A stretch of 64,000 nt of DNA, from assembly GCF_001949145.1 (NCBI RefSeq), contig NW_019091358.1, positions 3,404,535-3,468,534 on the forward strand, written 5' to 3'. This DNA comes from Acanthaster planci (Eukaryota). Within the stretch, counting starts at the first letter, position 1; each line of letters begins with the position of its first letter. The translations under genes were made by a program, and so were the position numbers. This document shows, one piece after another, positions 10,553 to 23,200 of this stretch. The notes under the pieces are model-generated. The model made no database searches. It worked only from the letters and a program-made list of their open reading frames with translations, and was not told the DNA's origin.

Positions 10553-12205
10553 GGATCCTTTTAGAAGGAAACCAACCATTAACAAATTCCAGCTGAAAAT
10601 ACGAGTAATTAGGATTAAGCTTTCATAACTACAGTCTACACATGCAGAAATGTCCACACGATCTGCTCACAGATCTGTGCATTTACCCCCTCAGGCACGC
10701 ACATGCTTGACTGATGTGAGTAGGTAATTGGAACGGAGCCACCGGGTTGTGTAGTCAGGATATAGGCATGCTGCTGCCAGGAAAAGCAGAGAGGGGGGGG
10801 GAGATACGGCGAAGAGAAAAATGATAAAATGGTTTCTTATCAACTGACTTACTCTGTAAGTTAAAGACGAGCATGTGGCAGCAGCCGGGCATGCTGTGTG
10901 CTCTCGCCTCTCAGTCTTGCTTTTTTCTGTCAATGAGTCTACAAAAGAAATTGCACATCAGCGCTTCAGAATTACTGCTAGTAATTGCTGGGCTGTGAAA
11001 GTTGAATTTCTTGTTCTGCATGGACAATTGGCCCGCAAATCAGTGAACAGTTTGTCCACTCATATGCTGCACTGCTCAAAGATTAAATTTGAAAGTACAT
11101 TTGTACCAACACATTGACTATTTTATCATATTTAATTTGGTTTTCAGACAGTTCCCCTGGTCAATTTTATTTTCAGTACAGATGTTTATAAGTCAGTTGG
11201 TTTCCCCTCGCTCAGTCCCTAAAATGATGTTTTCTACATTTGATTATTTAATTACAGTACATGTACGTGCATACCATGCATTTGACTAGCACATTGTCAT
11301 TCATACAGGAAAATGTAATCAAAATTGCATTTGAGGTATCACAATTTGATGAGCTGATTTTTAAGCTTTTGATTCCAATATAGTGACACTGCAAACTCGA
11401 ATTTAGCATTGGAAGAATTGTGTCATATTTCATCGATGAGACCCGTAAACTTTTTAATGTGGAATGTTTTTCTGTCCTCGTATACGTGAAAAACATACCG
11501 ATACCATTACATTCCTATAGCAACTCTGCTAATAAAAACTGCCTCATTAGTCAAAACCAAAAATGAAAATATGTCCGTTTAGTGCAGGAGACCTGGAGGT
11601 ACCGGTAATTTTTGATTGGCCATGGTGGTCATTACATAAAGCATTGTGATTTGTCCCCAGTTGTCGTTGACTTCATCATAAGATTTTTGGCAAAGTGTTT
11701 ACCTTGAATTCGTAGTGTACATGTCTGTACATGTAATTGTACAGTACGTATAAATGATGTATGTACCAGTATGATGATGATGAATCATTTATTTCAATGC
11801 TGTTATTCTTGACAGTGTAACCAACTACGTTCACATTACTTAAGCACTGAATATCTGGCCATTAAATTGAGTAACATTAGATAATATAGGATTATACATT
11901 TGAAAAATTAGATGACAATATTTAGGTTTAAGGTAAAGCAGGAACCCTTTTGCACCCCAACCTATAGACAGACGACAACCCTACAATCTAGCATAGGACA
12001 GACAAATGATGAACAAGACAAAACAAACAAGTGTGAGACAATGCTGTATCTAGCACAAATAAATATGACTTAGGAATATGTACATGTACATGGATGTTTG
12101 ACAAGGTTAATAATTCTTACATGTACATGTAGTATACTGGTAGTGCTCTTCAGTTAGGTTTTAAGCTGTGATCCCTTTTAGTATATTGATGTTTCCAGAG
12201 ACTTA

Positions 12206-12677
12206 AGCCGTGATCGCACCGGCCTTTTTTTCCGAGGGTTTTACCGAGCCGCTGGTCAAATTATGAAATTTTCGAATGTGACCGCCGTCCGCACTTGGAC
12301 TTTCACCATTGGAAAATTTTACTAAGACTGCTGGAGAAGTAACCAAGCTATCGGTACAGTGACTTATGAGGGCACTTTACGAGACCATTCTGCATTTGTT
12401 GTCATCCTTAGAGTAGACACAACATTACCATCCTCACAATCATCTGGATATGGTGCACTTTTATTGTTAACAGCGGTCAATCTTCCCACTGTGTCAAAAA
12501 AAATTCTGCCATGCTTCAGAGGAATTTTTACCTGAGCAGAAGTTGGCCGGTAAAAATGACTGCGCCACTCAGTAAAAGTAACCAAGAGGAAAACTTCCTG
12601 GGATGTCCATAGTGGACTTGAGATGGGAAAGTAACCGTCGTCAGTTTGACAAAATAAAGTCCAGCGCGGACAGTGCT
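12206..12677. mobile_element. Degenerate non-autonomous DNA transposon, Harbinger-like termini
   Basis: The right end AAAGTCCAGCGCGGACAGTGCT is the reverse complement of CCGTCCGCACTTGGACTTT (~12285) and weakly of AGCCGTGATCGCACCGG (12206). Confidence 0.4.
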
Positions 12678-13559
12678 TTCCACAGCTTTACTCATCTCTG
12701 TACAATAAAGTGCACCTGTACATGAAACATTCACTAAAACCCTGCTCACAGGCATACATGTACATATTATACATTGCATGTACATGTGTATGCATTGTGC
12801 ATTTTACTGTTCACATGCGGTACTTCTCTCTGATGACTCAGCCCGGCCTACTGCAGCCCACTGCACAACAGTAACCCCCTTAATTATAACGATATCTTCC
12901 CTTCTCCCCTGTCCGAGCCGCGCCGGCTGAGATGAGTTTCTAATTAAATGGGTGACGATCACGAGCACGGGCTGGGATTTATAAATTGCCATAGCAGGCA
13001 AGGTGACTATTTAGCTGCCAGATCTTATTATATCCGGGACTTGCCCGTCCATGTGTGAATCGGCCGCATGAGCAGGGATGGCAGCATGCTCACATACATG
13101 TCCATGTCCTAGATGTACATGGATGTGCATCTACTTTGTGACTCCAGATTGGGAGTGAGTGCCGCTTGCATGATTGGACAAGAAGGGCTGATGATCTTGT
13201 TGTGGGGAAGGGGGGAGGGAGGATATTTTGACAAATCCAGAAGCATGCGCACATGAAATCTTGTGGGAAGGTTTGCTATTTTGTGTGACAACAGACCTCC
13301 CCTCTTGATTGAAAACTCCTGCTGGGTCATTGCTTATAATTGCACAGTGGAGATGCTTGTAAACGTTGCCAGATTTATTGGAGCACTTTTTAGAAAAGAA
13401 TTTGTGATCAGCCAGAAATCTTCAGCATGCAAGAAATTCTACTTTCTTGCTGGGGCCCTGTAGGTGATTGGGTTTTATTTACATATTTTGTTTCACATCA
13501 GAATCAACAAAACCTCTGTTACCTAAACAGTCCTTCAGAAACAAATGCAGGCACATTAA

Positions 13560-14088
13560 AGTGTAGCTGCAGTGAATTTTTCTAAAATGCAAGTTCTTTT
13601 TCTGCAACTCTCTTCAGTGTGTGAAAACTCTTTACCATCCTGTTTGATTGAATGCAACTATTAAAATTAGGCATGCTCTCTTGGACAACTGAGGGCGCTG
13701 TTGCTGTGATGTCATCCAGGGAAGGCGTAATTCAATGCATAGGTTTTTCTATTCCAATTATAAACACAGAATTTACTTACAGAAAATATTTCTAAGAGAG
13801 GGATTGATGCTTGCGTATTGCTACACACATAAAGAACAATGAAGCAGCAAAGAAGAGAAAAGTCAGTCCGGCAAAATCTACCAAAATGGAGGACTTTTTT
13901 GTACAAACCATTGTAACATTGAGGCCTTCTTGAGATGGCATCTCAGTTCTGGCCATGAATATGGAAATGAAACCAAAATGGCAGTAAAATACCCTTGAAT
14001 GTGAAACAAAACCTGAAAATAAGGTCAACTGGGACACAAAGTTGCATTTTGAAGTTTTGTACTAAAACAAATTGATTGCAGCTATCCT
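13560..14088. mobile_element. TTAA-flanked non-autonomous DNA transposon (Kolobok-like)
   Basis: TTAA|AGTGTAGCTGCA ... TGCAGCTATCCT|TTAA. The internal GGACAACTGAGGGCGCTGTTGCTGTGATGT has inverted homologues at ~10392-10550 and ~34810-34975. Confidence 0.7.
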
Positions 14089-16190
14089 TTAATGTAAACC
14101 CACATTTAGCATCGAAAACATTGACTCATTCCATGGTATCAAGCCCCCTGCTTTGGATAATATTGTCAAGCACCGTTACTTTTTAAAGCTTTCGTGTGCT
14201 TACACTTCATGTACTGCTACAGAGAAACGAAGTAATTTGATCGCAAATTCCCATATGACCTCGTGGGAATTGGTCCCACAGTCTTATTATTGGTCGTGTT
14301 TCCTCCCGGGAGGCAGCGGTTGGGGAGAAAAAATCACACAAACTGAACTGGCCCAGATTTCTGAAGAGATGTCATTCACAAGTAAACTCATGTCCGCTGA
14401 ATCTATCGTGTACTATGTAATCTGTCAAATTGGGTGGTGCCAGACTGTTTTGGGTTCCACGTCTTCCTTTTTTTTCTAATGTTGCTTAAAACATTTGGAT
14501 ATAGATATCACATACATGTATTATTCTTCATTGTAAATGAAGCTAATCTGTGATGATTACTCATCGTAAGTGAACCTTATCTCTACTGAATTGTTTGCCA
14601 TTGCTTTCATTTGCATTCTTCAAAATGAAAATGTGAACCTCACTTTCAATTCAATATGGCCAACTTGTGAATTTGGTCAGCTGGAATGCTTCATTTAGAG
14701 AGGGGAAAAAAGTGTGCCGCACAGTTTTTGACAGGGCTGCTGCTGTCCCATGTATGAGTCCTGGCCCGGGCATGCTGCGACCGGTTTCCTGTTTGGAAAC
14801 AGGCCCTTCCTGTCCCGATTTTTTACTGCTGACTCGGTTTGCCCCCCCATCCCCCCTTTCCCTACTTAGAAAGCGGAAACTTACGCAGGGTCAATTGATT
14901 AAGGAAGAGACACCTGGACGCGGGAAGCGTGTGAGTTGAGAGCATGTGTTTGCATTAGCCAATCCATCTACTAGACTGTTTGCAGCCCTTCAAGGTCGCC
15001 TCAGGCAAGCAGATACCCTATCCAATCCTTTCCATCCTGTTTTATCCCCTTATCCCTTTCCTCTAGCTAAAACTTGAAAACAAAGATTTAGTTACTCAGT
15101 ATTTACTGAGTAAATTTATATGAATTAGCGCCTTGTAAAAACTGATCTTGAGGTTGGATGTTATTTAAAAAAAAAAAAAATTTTTCTCCCAAAAGATATT
15201 AGTTGAAGCATTCGATGACTTTACCATTTAATATTATCGAATTGGTGTTGTCCCAGGTTGTACAGTCCATATTTGGATTGTCTGCATAAGAGTACATTGT
15301 AGTGGGTGAGACTGTGGTCTGTCTCAAAGATTCATGTCATGGTTTGTTTGCACACTGGTCTGCGTTGTAGGTATGGGTCTAATGTGGAGTGTAAATTAGG
15401 TTGTCAAATAAATCTGCTCTGTACAGGAACAAGTGATGGCGTGCTTTTTTGACATGGCAAGGATGGTCCTAAGGTGAAAGTTCATTGCATTTGTGTATTG
15501 ATTTACACGTTTGGCATAGGATGCGCTGAGTATGCGCGACCAATTTATGTTGGCATGTGTTGTATGGCCTTTGTGCGTGCACTGGGTGTGCTGGTGGAAT
15601 GATTCCCACAAGCCGGTCTCTTGGCGGATGAAGGGGGCTTCACCGTGCTTGGAGTCCAGACACTGGCTGTGACTGTAGTTTGTACATGTGCAGTGTACAT
15701 GTAGCTACCGAGTACATGTATGAAAGCCACTAGCAACTGTTCATGCAGCTTCTGTAACTACATGTATCTCCCGTAGGCTTCTTTGGTATTGCCTGCCACA
15801 GCCAATTGCTTTGGACAATCGCTTAATTTTCACCTGAATGTGCACAATCTTACAGGTGTTGGGAGCTTAGCAAGGGTGCTGCATATCTTTCTCTTTGTTA
15901 TCTAGGGAGATAAATCACCGGTATGCGTATGATGTAATTGATATCTTGGGGACATACACATACATGTAACTTGCTTTAGTGCCAAAGTGATCTCTGGATT
16001 TAGTGCTGGGTTAATAGTTCAGTAGCATCACTCTTATTGCATTGAGGGGATACCTGTGTAGCATTTTATGATGTTTGTTTCCAAGGTCTTATGCTTGGAG
16101 AACACCTTGCTAAAAAAAAAGGACATTATGCTTTGTGCTTCAGGCAAATGATATTAGTCATCTTCACAGCTGTGTATCGAAGCCATTCAG

Positions 16191-16436
16191 GGGTAATTCC
16201 AGAAATTAGGGGTCCATTTTTTTCGCGTCCCTGCCACATCTGACATATGATTTTTGTAAGTTCAGAACACATTTTCTAATTTCCAAGAGTTATGAATAAA
16301 TGCAGATTACCTGCCAAACAAATAGTAATAGTTTGAAATCAATTCTGGGGATATTACCCTGTCAAATAACAAAATCCAGATGTAACAGGGACACAAAAAT
16401 GTCACGCTGTTGGACCCCTAAATTCTGGAATTACTC
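16191..16436 (+). mobile_element. MITE family 'GGGTAATTCC', copy 1 (Sola2-like termini)
   Basis: 25-bp TIR GGGTAATTCCAGAAATTAGGGGTCC; 4-bp TSD TCAG/TCAG; homologous copies at 30502, 63446 and 43209. Confidence 0.9.
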
Positions 16437-16548
16437 TCAGGATGAAGTGACCAGCTAAGGGTTTTTTTTTCAGGTGTGTGTGACCATGGTGTATCAAACA
16501 TCTGATGAAGCTGGAGCTCACTATTAGGGAGGGAAAAACTTTGTGAAT

Positions 16549-16672
16549 CATGGAAATTATAGTTTTCATGGAAATGACAGTTTTCATGGAAATTATGGCT
16601 TTCGTGGAAATTACAGTTTTCATGGAAATTACAGTTTTCACGGAAATTACAGTTTTCATGGAAATTACAGTT
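16549..16672. repeat. 18-bp minisatellite, ~7 copies
   Basis: Unit TGGAAATTACAGTTTTCA repeated head-to-tail with few substitutions; explains the repetitive ORFs in three frames. Confidence 0.95.
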
Positions 16673-17139
16673 AATCTCTATCAATCTTCCTGTAGGGATA
16701 AAGGTACATGTACACATACTGGTGGGTACTGGACCACCGGTATATTGTGTTTGATACTTTCAGGAGAAAATGGCAGTATGTGAAAATTGCCATGTATCAT
16801 CTGAACTCGGGTTGCAATTTTCTAAGAATGGCTTTGTAAATTTGGTTGTTTTTTTTTCAGTTTGTGCTTAGACATCAGACTCTACAGAGGACAGTTATTG
16901 ATTTTTCCATCCTAGTGACCATACATGTTTACATGTGTGCATTAAAGAGCAGCCACTTTATGGAAAGATAGATGTGGTAATCTATCAGTCACTAGTGTTA
17001 CACAGTTCAGCTTGTTTAGGTGTGCATGTGTTTGTCACAAGGTTGTGATACGGGGAGGAGTGATACCTGGGTGGAGGAGACAAGGCCGTCTTTCACCACT
17101 TTTGAAGTATCAATGTGTATTAAATATGAAGTAAATGTA

Positions 17140-17689
17140 TGTGTAACTTGTTGACTCGAATGAGTCAGTCTCGTTTCACTTGCTCTTTTCTTACTTGACC
17201 AAGTTGATGCTTGGCTCGGAAAAAAAAGTTACTTAGGACGCGACGTGACTTTGGAGAGAAATGCCTTACGACTTGACTCGACCAAATTTGACTTGTTGAC
17301 GCGACCAACTTTTGTTGAAATAAATACATGGAAAAATCTTTGACTTTTTACAATTGTACATAAGCACACGTATGTGCGAAAGCAGACCTGTCTGGCTTCA
17401 TTATGCTGATGTTTTATTAGAAATTTATGTATTCATCTGCATGTTAAGCTGCCAAAGAATTACATAGGACAGACCTTTTTAATAAAAACTCACAGGTCAC
17501 ATCATCAATAGAAGGTGCAGGAGAATTAGCACTTTACAATTATAACATCATGCTTGAAAAATAGACTGGAAACTTGACTTGGGAATAATTGACTTACAAC
17601 TTGACTCCGGTAAAAGACCTGACTTGGGAAAGATTGCCTTGTGGCTTGTTCTTGATATGATCTGACAGAGAATGACAGGTGCAACTCTG
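17140..17689. mobile_element. Degenerate DNA-transposon remnant with GACTT/GACTC subterminal repeats (hAT-like)
   Basis: Clusters of GACTTGACTCGAC at 17145-17310 and 17560-17630 ending in TGCAACTCTG; similar cluster at ~54130-54185. Confidence 0.45.
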
Positions 17690-17853
17690 GCTTAAGCTGA
17701 GATAGGCTTATGAAGATACTTCAAACTATTTACGTGAAAAGAAAGAGTGCAATTTATGTAATTGAGGACACAATAGGTAATAGGAAAAGGCATGTGTGAA
17801 GGACAAGATCTGGTAAGGTTCAAATCTACATGTACAATGTGACATCTGAAAAT

Positions 17854-17937
17854 NNNNNNNNNNNNNNNNNNNNNNNNNNNNNNNNNNNNNNNNNNNNNNN
17901 NNNNNNNNNNNNNNNNNNNNNNNNNNNNNNNNNNNNN
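17854..17937. other. Assembly gap (N run)
   Basis: Run of N. Confidence 1.
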
Positions 17938-18473
17938 TAAGGGGGGTACCCCTCCGGCCCATATCTTGCCTGGTATACTGAAATACATGTACTGTACCCT
18001 CATTATCTGCTAAACCCCCCCCCAGAGCAGGAAGTGGATTCAATTTTTTTTTCAACCAGATCTGAAAACCTCCAAAAGTCACCCCAAAAACACATGATGT
18101 AATAATATTTCAATCACATTATACAATTCACTCTTGCAAATTTTCTTTGTACTGCTATTAGCAGAAATAAAAAAAAATTGCCCATGTAACCGTTGATGCC
18201 TACATGTATGTATGTGTACAGTGTAAAGAACATGCAGACTGCACTGCTAAGTCCTTGAAGTGAGCCCTCTCCAGTTGTGAATGGGATGTTTGCTGCAAAA
18301 TGCTGAGTGCCTGGGAAAAAAGAACAGTCTGTCATGACTTGTTTGCTGTGGTTGGTGTGTTATGCCCTATTGTAGCAGTAATTAGGCCTTAGTTTGATGA
18401 TTAAAGATTAAATGGATTCCTTTCCCATGTTCATATGAAGCATTGCTTTGTAAATTTCTTCTTTTTTTTTCAG

Positions 18474-18531
18474 GGATGAACTTGCTTACTGATGCTTTGA
18501 CCTCAGATGATAAGTTGCCAACTTCGCCAAG
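18474..18531 (+). CDS. Isolated 58-nt exon of an unidentified long-intron gene (possibly first coding exon, MNLLTDALTSDDKLPTSP)
   Basis: Strong acceptor tttcttctttttttttcag and perfect donor AAG|GTAAGT; only one frame is open and it starts with ATG at 18476. Confidence 0.5.
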
Positions 18532-19739
18532 GTAAGTCATCTCAGTTTGGCATCAAGGTGGAAAAATTGTGCCCTGCAGAGAATTCCACCGGCTTGTCTT
18601 TAGCACTGTACGTGTTTGATTAAATGCAGAGCCTTTTCTGCTTTTTTTTATGCATCCGTACAATAAAAACAAAAAACAAGAACAAAACCAGTCAATTTGT
18701 TGTGTTTCTTAGGCACTGGCTAAGCAATTTGAATGTTAACCCCCCCCCAAAGTCAGATTGAATCTATTATAATGTATTACTCAGTAGGAATGTCTTGTTA
18801 TTTTCTCTATTATGTACATTGGAATTTGGGAATTACATTTAGCGTAGGTGCATATTTTGGTATTCATTTGTCTCCCACTGAGGGATTTTTATTATCAGTT
18901 TGATTTGACTTTTGATACCTAAATCCACTCTCCAGTTGCACTGTTCATTAAACCAGTTTTTGAAATGGTCATTTTCATTAGTTTGTGTTAAGATGTCAAA
19001 TTCATCCTAGTAAAAACCATACCAGTACATATAGGATACATGTGTTTTGCATTTAACCATAACCATGCATTATTAAGCTACTCCACTGTTAACCCTGTTG
19101 TGGTGGCCATGAAAATTTCACTCTGCTCCCCGTCATTACTGAGAAACAATTTAATAAAATAACTCCAACTCAGGCTTGTCCTGAGTTGAGGGAGGTACAT
19201 GTACTGTAGTCACAAATGCCTTTCACACATGCTTGTCAATCAAGAAGTGGTGGCAAAGTTAAAACCAGGGGGTGTTGTTATCTGTGACAGTAATATCCTT
19301 ATGCACCCTGACCACACCGATTTCGGAAAGTGGGGAAAAACCAGATGCTCAATGGCAGTTTTGCTGTTGCTGTCTGAAAGTTATGGGCTGGACAGCTGGA
19401 CTTGCATGTTGGCCTGATAGTTGATGTTGTTCAGACCAACAACTGTGGTGAAGCAGAAGCCTTTTGCTTTCTATCCAGTGGAGACAAATACGTTTACATC
19501 TTTGTTATTAACCTTTGCACTTTCTAAGAAGTACTAGTGCCTATAACAAACAGGAGGTGTGGAATTGTCATCAGAATTCAATCCGAGCTTCACTTTTTGA
19601 ATCGTTTAATGTACATGTACCAGTAAGTTTCACACAGCCTTTGCTGACCTAACTTAATAGATATTTTATGAAGGAAACTATATAGGGAAACTGACTACTG
19701 TAGGTGCTTATAAATGATTGTAAAGATGAACAAAGAAAT

Positions 19740-19812
19740 TGACTGGAGCGGGATTTGAACCTGCGACCTCTGGAATACAGTACCAGTGCTCTACCAGCTG
19801 AGCTATCCAGCC
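19740..19812 (-). pseudogene. tRNA-like module (repeat-derived, not an authentic tRNA gene)
   Basis: GGCTGGATAGCTCAGCTGGTAGAGCACTGGTACTGTATTCCAGAGGTCGCAGGTTCAAATCCCGCTCCAGTCA has an acceptor stem, D-arm, T-arm and A/B boxes, but an irregular anticodon arm. Confidence 0.75.
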
Positions 19813-20137
19813 CTACATTGGTGGCTCTTCCCATTTGTCAATATCTCTGTTTGGGGGACGCTAGCCAAAAGCCATGAAACCTGAAACACCATGTGTTTCA
19901 GGATGGCTTTATTCGATTTTTTTGGTCATCATTAAAATCACTTATAAGCACCTTGTCAGTTTCCCTATATAGTTTCTTTTATAATATACATGTATGTTCA
20001 AAAAGCTGTATCCTCTTTGAGTGATCCCTGATCCATTTCCTAGATTGTATCGTGTTATTGAGGTGTGATCCCTGGCTACATGGTGTTTCAGGTTTCGTGG
20101 CTTCTGGCTAGCGCCCCCCCCCCAAACGTACATGTAA

Positions 20138-20210
20138 GGCTGGATAGCTCAGTTTGTAGAGCACTGGTACCGTATTCCAGAAGTTGCAGGTTCAAATCCC
20201 ACTCTAGTCA
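20138..20210 (+). pseudogene. tRNA-like module, second copy
   Basis: GGCTGGATAGCTCAGTTTGTAGAGCACTGGTACCGTATTCCAGAAGTTGCAGGTTCAAATCCCACTCTAGTCA; diverged from the first copy. Confidence 0.75.
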
Positions 20211-23200
20211 ATTTCTTTGTTCATCATAATAGATATTTGATAGAAGAGAAACTGAGGGTTTTTGTTTTCCAGTTGAGGGTATAAACCTCTGGGATGTGCT
20301 TTTCTCCACCCCCCCCAGAAAAAACTAGTGAATCGTGCAGGATCTGGGTCATATGTCAATTCTGTCACAGATCAATCACAAGTCAAATTGTACATGTAAG
20401 TGAGAAAGTCAGAAAACAGTGACAAAAGATCATTTGAAAAGCTTAGGATTTGTCCCAAGATGGGATGTCTTGTGATCCACTTGTGAGAAATTGTGAGGAC
20501 CCATGACAACAACACTGCTTGAGTCATCCTATGAATAATGGTTGTTTTTTAATTGGTGGTTTTTGTGTTTTAATCGGTCCAAAAGGGGCCACAGGAACCA
20601 AAACTTGAGAACAGTTCTTCTGCCCTGTAGTAAGCTGATTTACAAGCAAAAACCATGGTCTCTACACAAATAAGAGAGAGGTGTATATGTACAATGTTGC
20701 TGCTTTATCTTTCATGTAATGGAGACGAAACATTTGAGGCACAAAGTTTGCTTAGGACGGCATCAATTTTTTACACTGTGACAACTCCTAAGGGACACAA
20801 ATTGCACACATAACGCGCACTGTCAGTGAACTTCCGGTACTAAAACTGGCGTAATTGCTGGTCGATTCCACATCTTGCCTTTTCTGCTGAATGTGCAAAG
20901 CACGATGTTGTCTTAAAATATCGGGTTCTAGTACTCAAGGGTAAACTGTGAGCTTTATTGGTTTACTGTGGCAGGATTTACCTTGTAGTTTCTCATTTGA
21001 CAAACTGGGACATGAAAAGGCATGGCTTGATACTTGATACTGAAGGGTGCTTGATGGGAAAGTATCATTTCAGAACACTTTTGTAAACTGAGAACAGTAG
21101 GCCTACTACATGTACAGTACACGTCCGTGTACATGTAAGTCCCTGCAAACTTAAAATCTAGGTATTTTTGACCCCATTTTTTCTCCTCAAAATTACAGGT
21201 TTATATAATCAGATGCTTTTTTGTCTTGTTTTTTGCCTACACGTAATTGATAATCATGTGACTTTTTTTCTAAAATTGAAGTACCGTAACTGTGTTTGAT
21301 AATTTGATAATCCATCCATTAGGTTCTGATGTCAGTGAACGAACAACAGATCACAATATATATGTCCAGTAAGGGCAAAACCTGTAATTAAAATAAACAT
21401 ATCTCCCACGCAAAGTACATCTTGAATCCAGATTTGGATCCATGTGAAATAAACAGGTCCATAATAAACAATCCATACACTACATGTACATGTAACTCTG
21501 TGTGTGGCCTTACAATACAGTTCAATAAACAACCCCTTCAGAGTGTGCCATTTCATGTAATTCCCATTAGACCCCATTGTAAAGAGATAACATGTACAGG
21601 GTACATTGTATTTGGTAGGAGATACATGGACTGGTACCGGTAAGCTTTGGTAGATTACATGTACATGTACTTAATTATTGGGTGGGCGTTTTATCTAGCA
21701 TTGCCACAGTCATTCAAAAACATTCACATTCAATGAGTGGCTCGATTAGCAGAGGATTTTTGCATTCCCCCCCCCCCAAAAAACCCCTGACCACATCTTA
21801 TGTAAGTTTATTTGTGTGCATCGTGTTCAACTCATGAGTCTGTTCTTGCCAAGCAGAATATGTTAACATTTCACCTGTTTGTTTTGGACCCTTGAATCCA
21901 AGTTTCTTGTAGGGTAGTCGACAAGAGACCTTGTGCTTGAATAAGGTTTTCTGTTGAAGAGTGGGTCACATTTCACCTGAAAATCAGATTCCGGTGTCTA
22001 AGAAAGCAGCAAGAAGTACAGTTTTGCATCGTGAAGTCTCCTAGCAGGTTCAAAGTGCCGGTTCATGTAAAACTCTATAACAGCCATGTCGCATTGTTAG
22101 TTCTCTCAATCGGGTCCAATGGTGCCCAAAGGCATTTTATGCTGAAGACAATCAAACACAATTTTAATTTTTAAAATACATCTTGAAAAAACAACCAAAC
22201 ACACTTGCATACATACATGTACATGTACATATGTACCGGTGTGCATGACATTTATGAAGCAATTTTCATTTTTGAAATGAATGTCAGTGGAAATACCGTA
22301 TCATGCAGTGTTAGAGTCATGAGTCCTTTGTGCCATACATGTAGCAAGTTTATACATGTAAATCAGGTAAAGGCACAGTTGGATACACTTATGCAGTATG
22401 GAGACATGGAGAATACATGTACAGTGTACATTCTGCTTTGAAGCCACACCAATCAACAGCCGACTGTAATTACATGTAATTGGGCAAACAAAGATCATAA
22501 AACCAGTGAAGGGAAGGGTCAAGGGGATGGCCATAGGGAGAACAGCCAGGGTTTCCAAATCAGTTTGGCAGCTACAGGATGCAAATTAAGTTTGTCAGCA
22601 CCTGCCACACTGGGGACAGAACAAGGAGTTGAGTGGAGGGGGGGAGAGGGGAAAACAAAATAAAGAGATGGGCAGCTGCGTAGCTCACTAGATGAGGAGG
22701 ATCAGCTTCTTCGCGCCCGGCTGTTTTTGCGGTTGGCTGCCTCTAATCTACCCTTTCCTGTTTTGATATTAGCCCTCCCGTGGCATGAGGGCCGCAATCA
22801 GATGAGGTTGCTCCGGGAACGGCTGTAGAAGAGTGAGATGTCAGGCATGACAACTGAAGCATCATTTCCTGAAAATTAAAGGCAGAATGCGCTGAACATG
22901 AGAGGTTTAGTTTACAGTGAACTCCTTTATTTGGCTCATGCTTTCCCCCAATCATTCTGTGTCGGCTTTCAGTGATCCTGTTGCCACTGGAAGTCATGAA
23001 CTTCATTTGAATGAAAAAAAAAAAATATCAAATTATGTATGGTACCTTACTGTTACCTGAATATGTACGTGTTTGTACAGTGCACAAGTATGGGTACATT
23101 TACCACTAGAGTGTCACACTTGATATTCACCAGCCATTTCAGGGATCTTCCGTTACAAGTATGTTTTCACATGGATACACAAAAAACCTTAACACAGAAG

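Larger units (their letters stand above)
19667..20226. mobile_element. tRNA-containing retroposon insertion: inverted arm plus circularly permuted direct arm
   Basis: Two opposed tRNA-like modules with shared flanking segments; 12-bp direct repeat TAATAGATATTT at 19655-19666 and 20227-20238. Confidence 0.8.

Noticed and set aside
11766..11858. C/D-box snoRNA candidate (ATGATGA...CTGA with CCAG/CTGG ends; TTCACATTA complementary to 5.8S rRNA)
   Set aside because: The C box is part of an (ATG)n microsatellite, and the complementary stretch is short and not adjacent to the D box.
16549..16672. CRISPR-like array or repeat protein
   Set aside because: Head-to-tail 18-bp units with no spacers, no cas genes and a eukaryotic context; a simple minisatellite.
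19740..19812. Functional tRNA gene (Thr/Tyr-like)
   Set aside because: Irregular anticodon arm, no conserved U33, the two copies differ in the loop, and both sit inside a TSD-flanked repeat.
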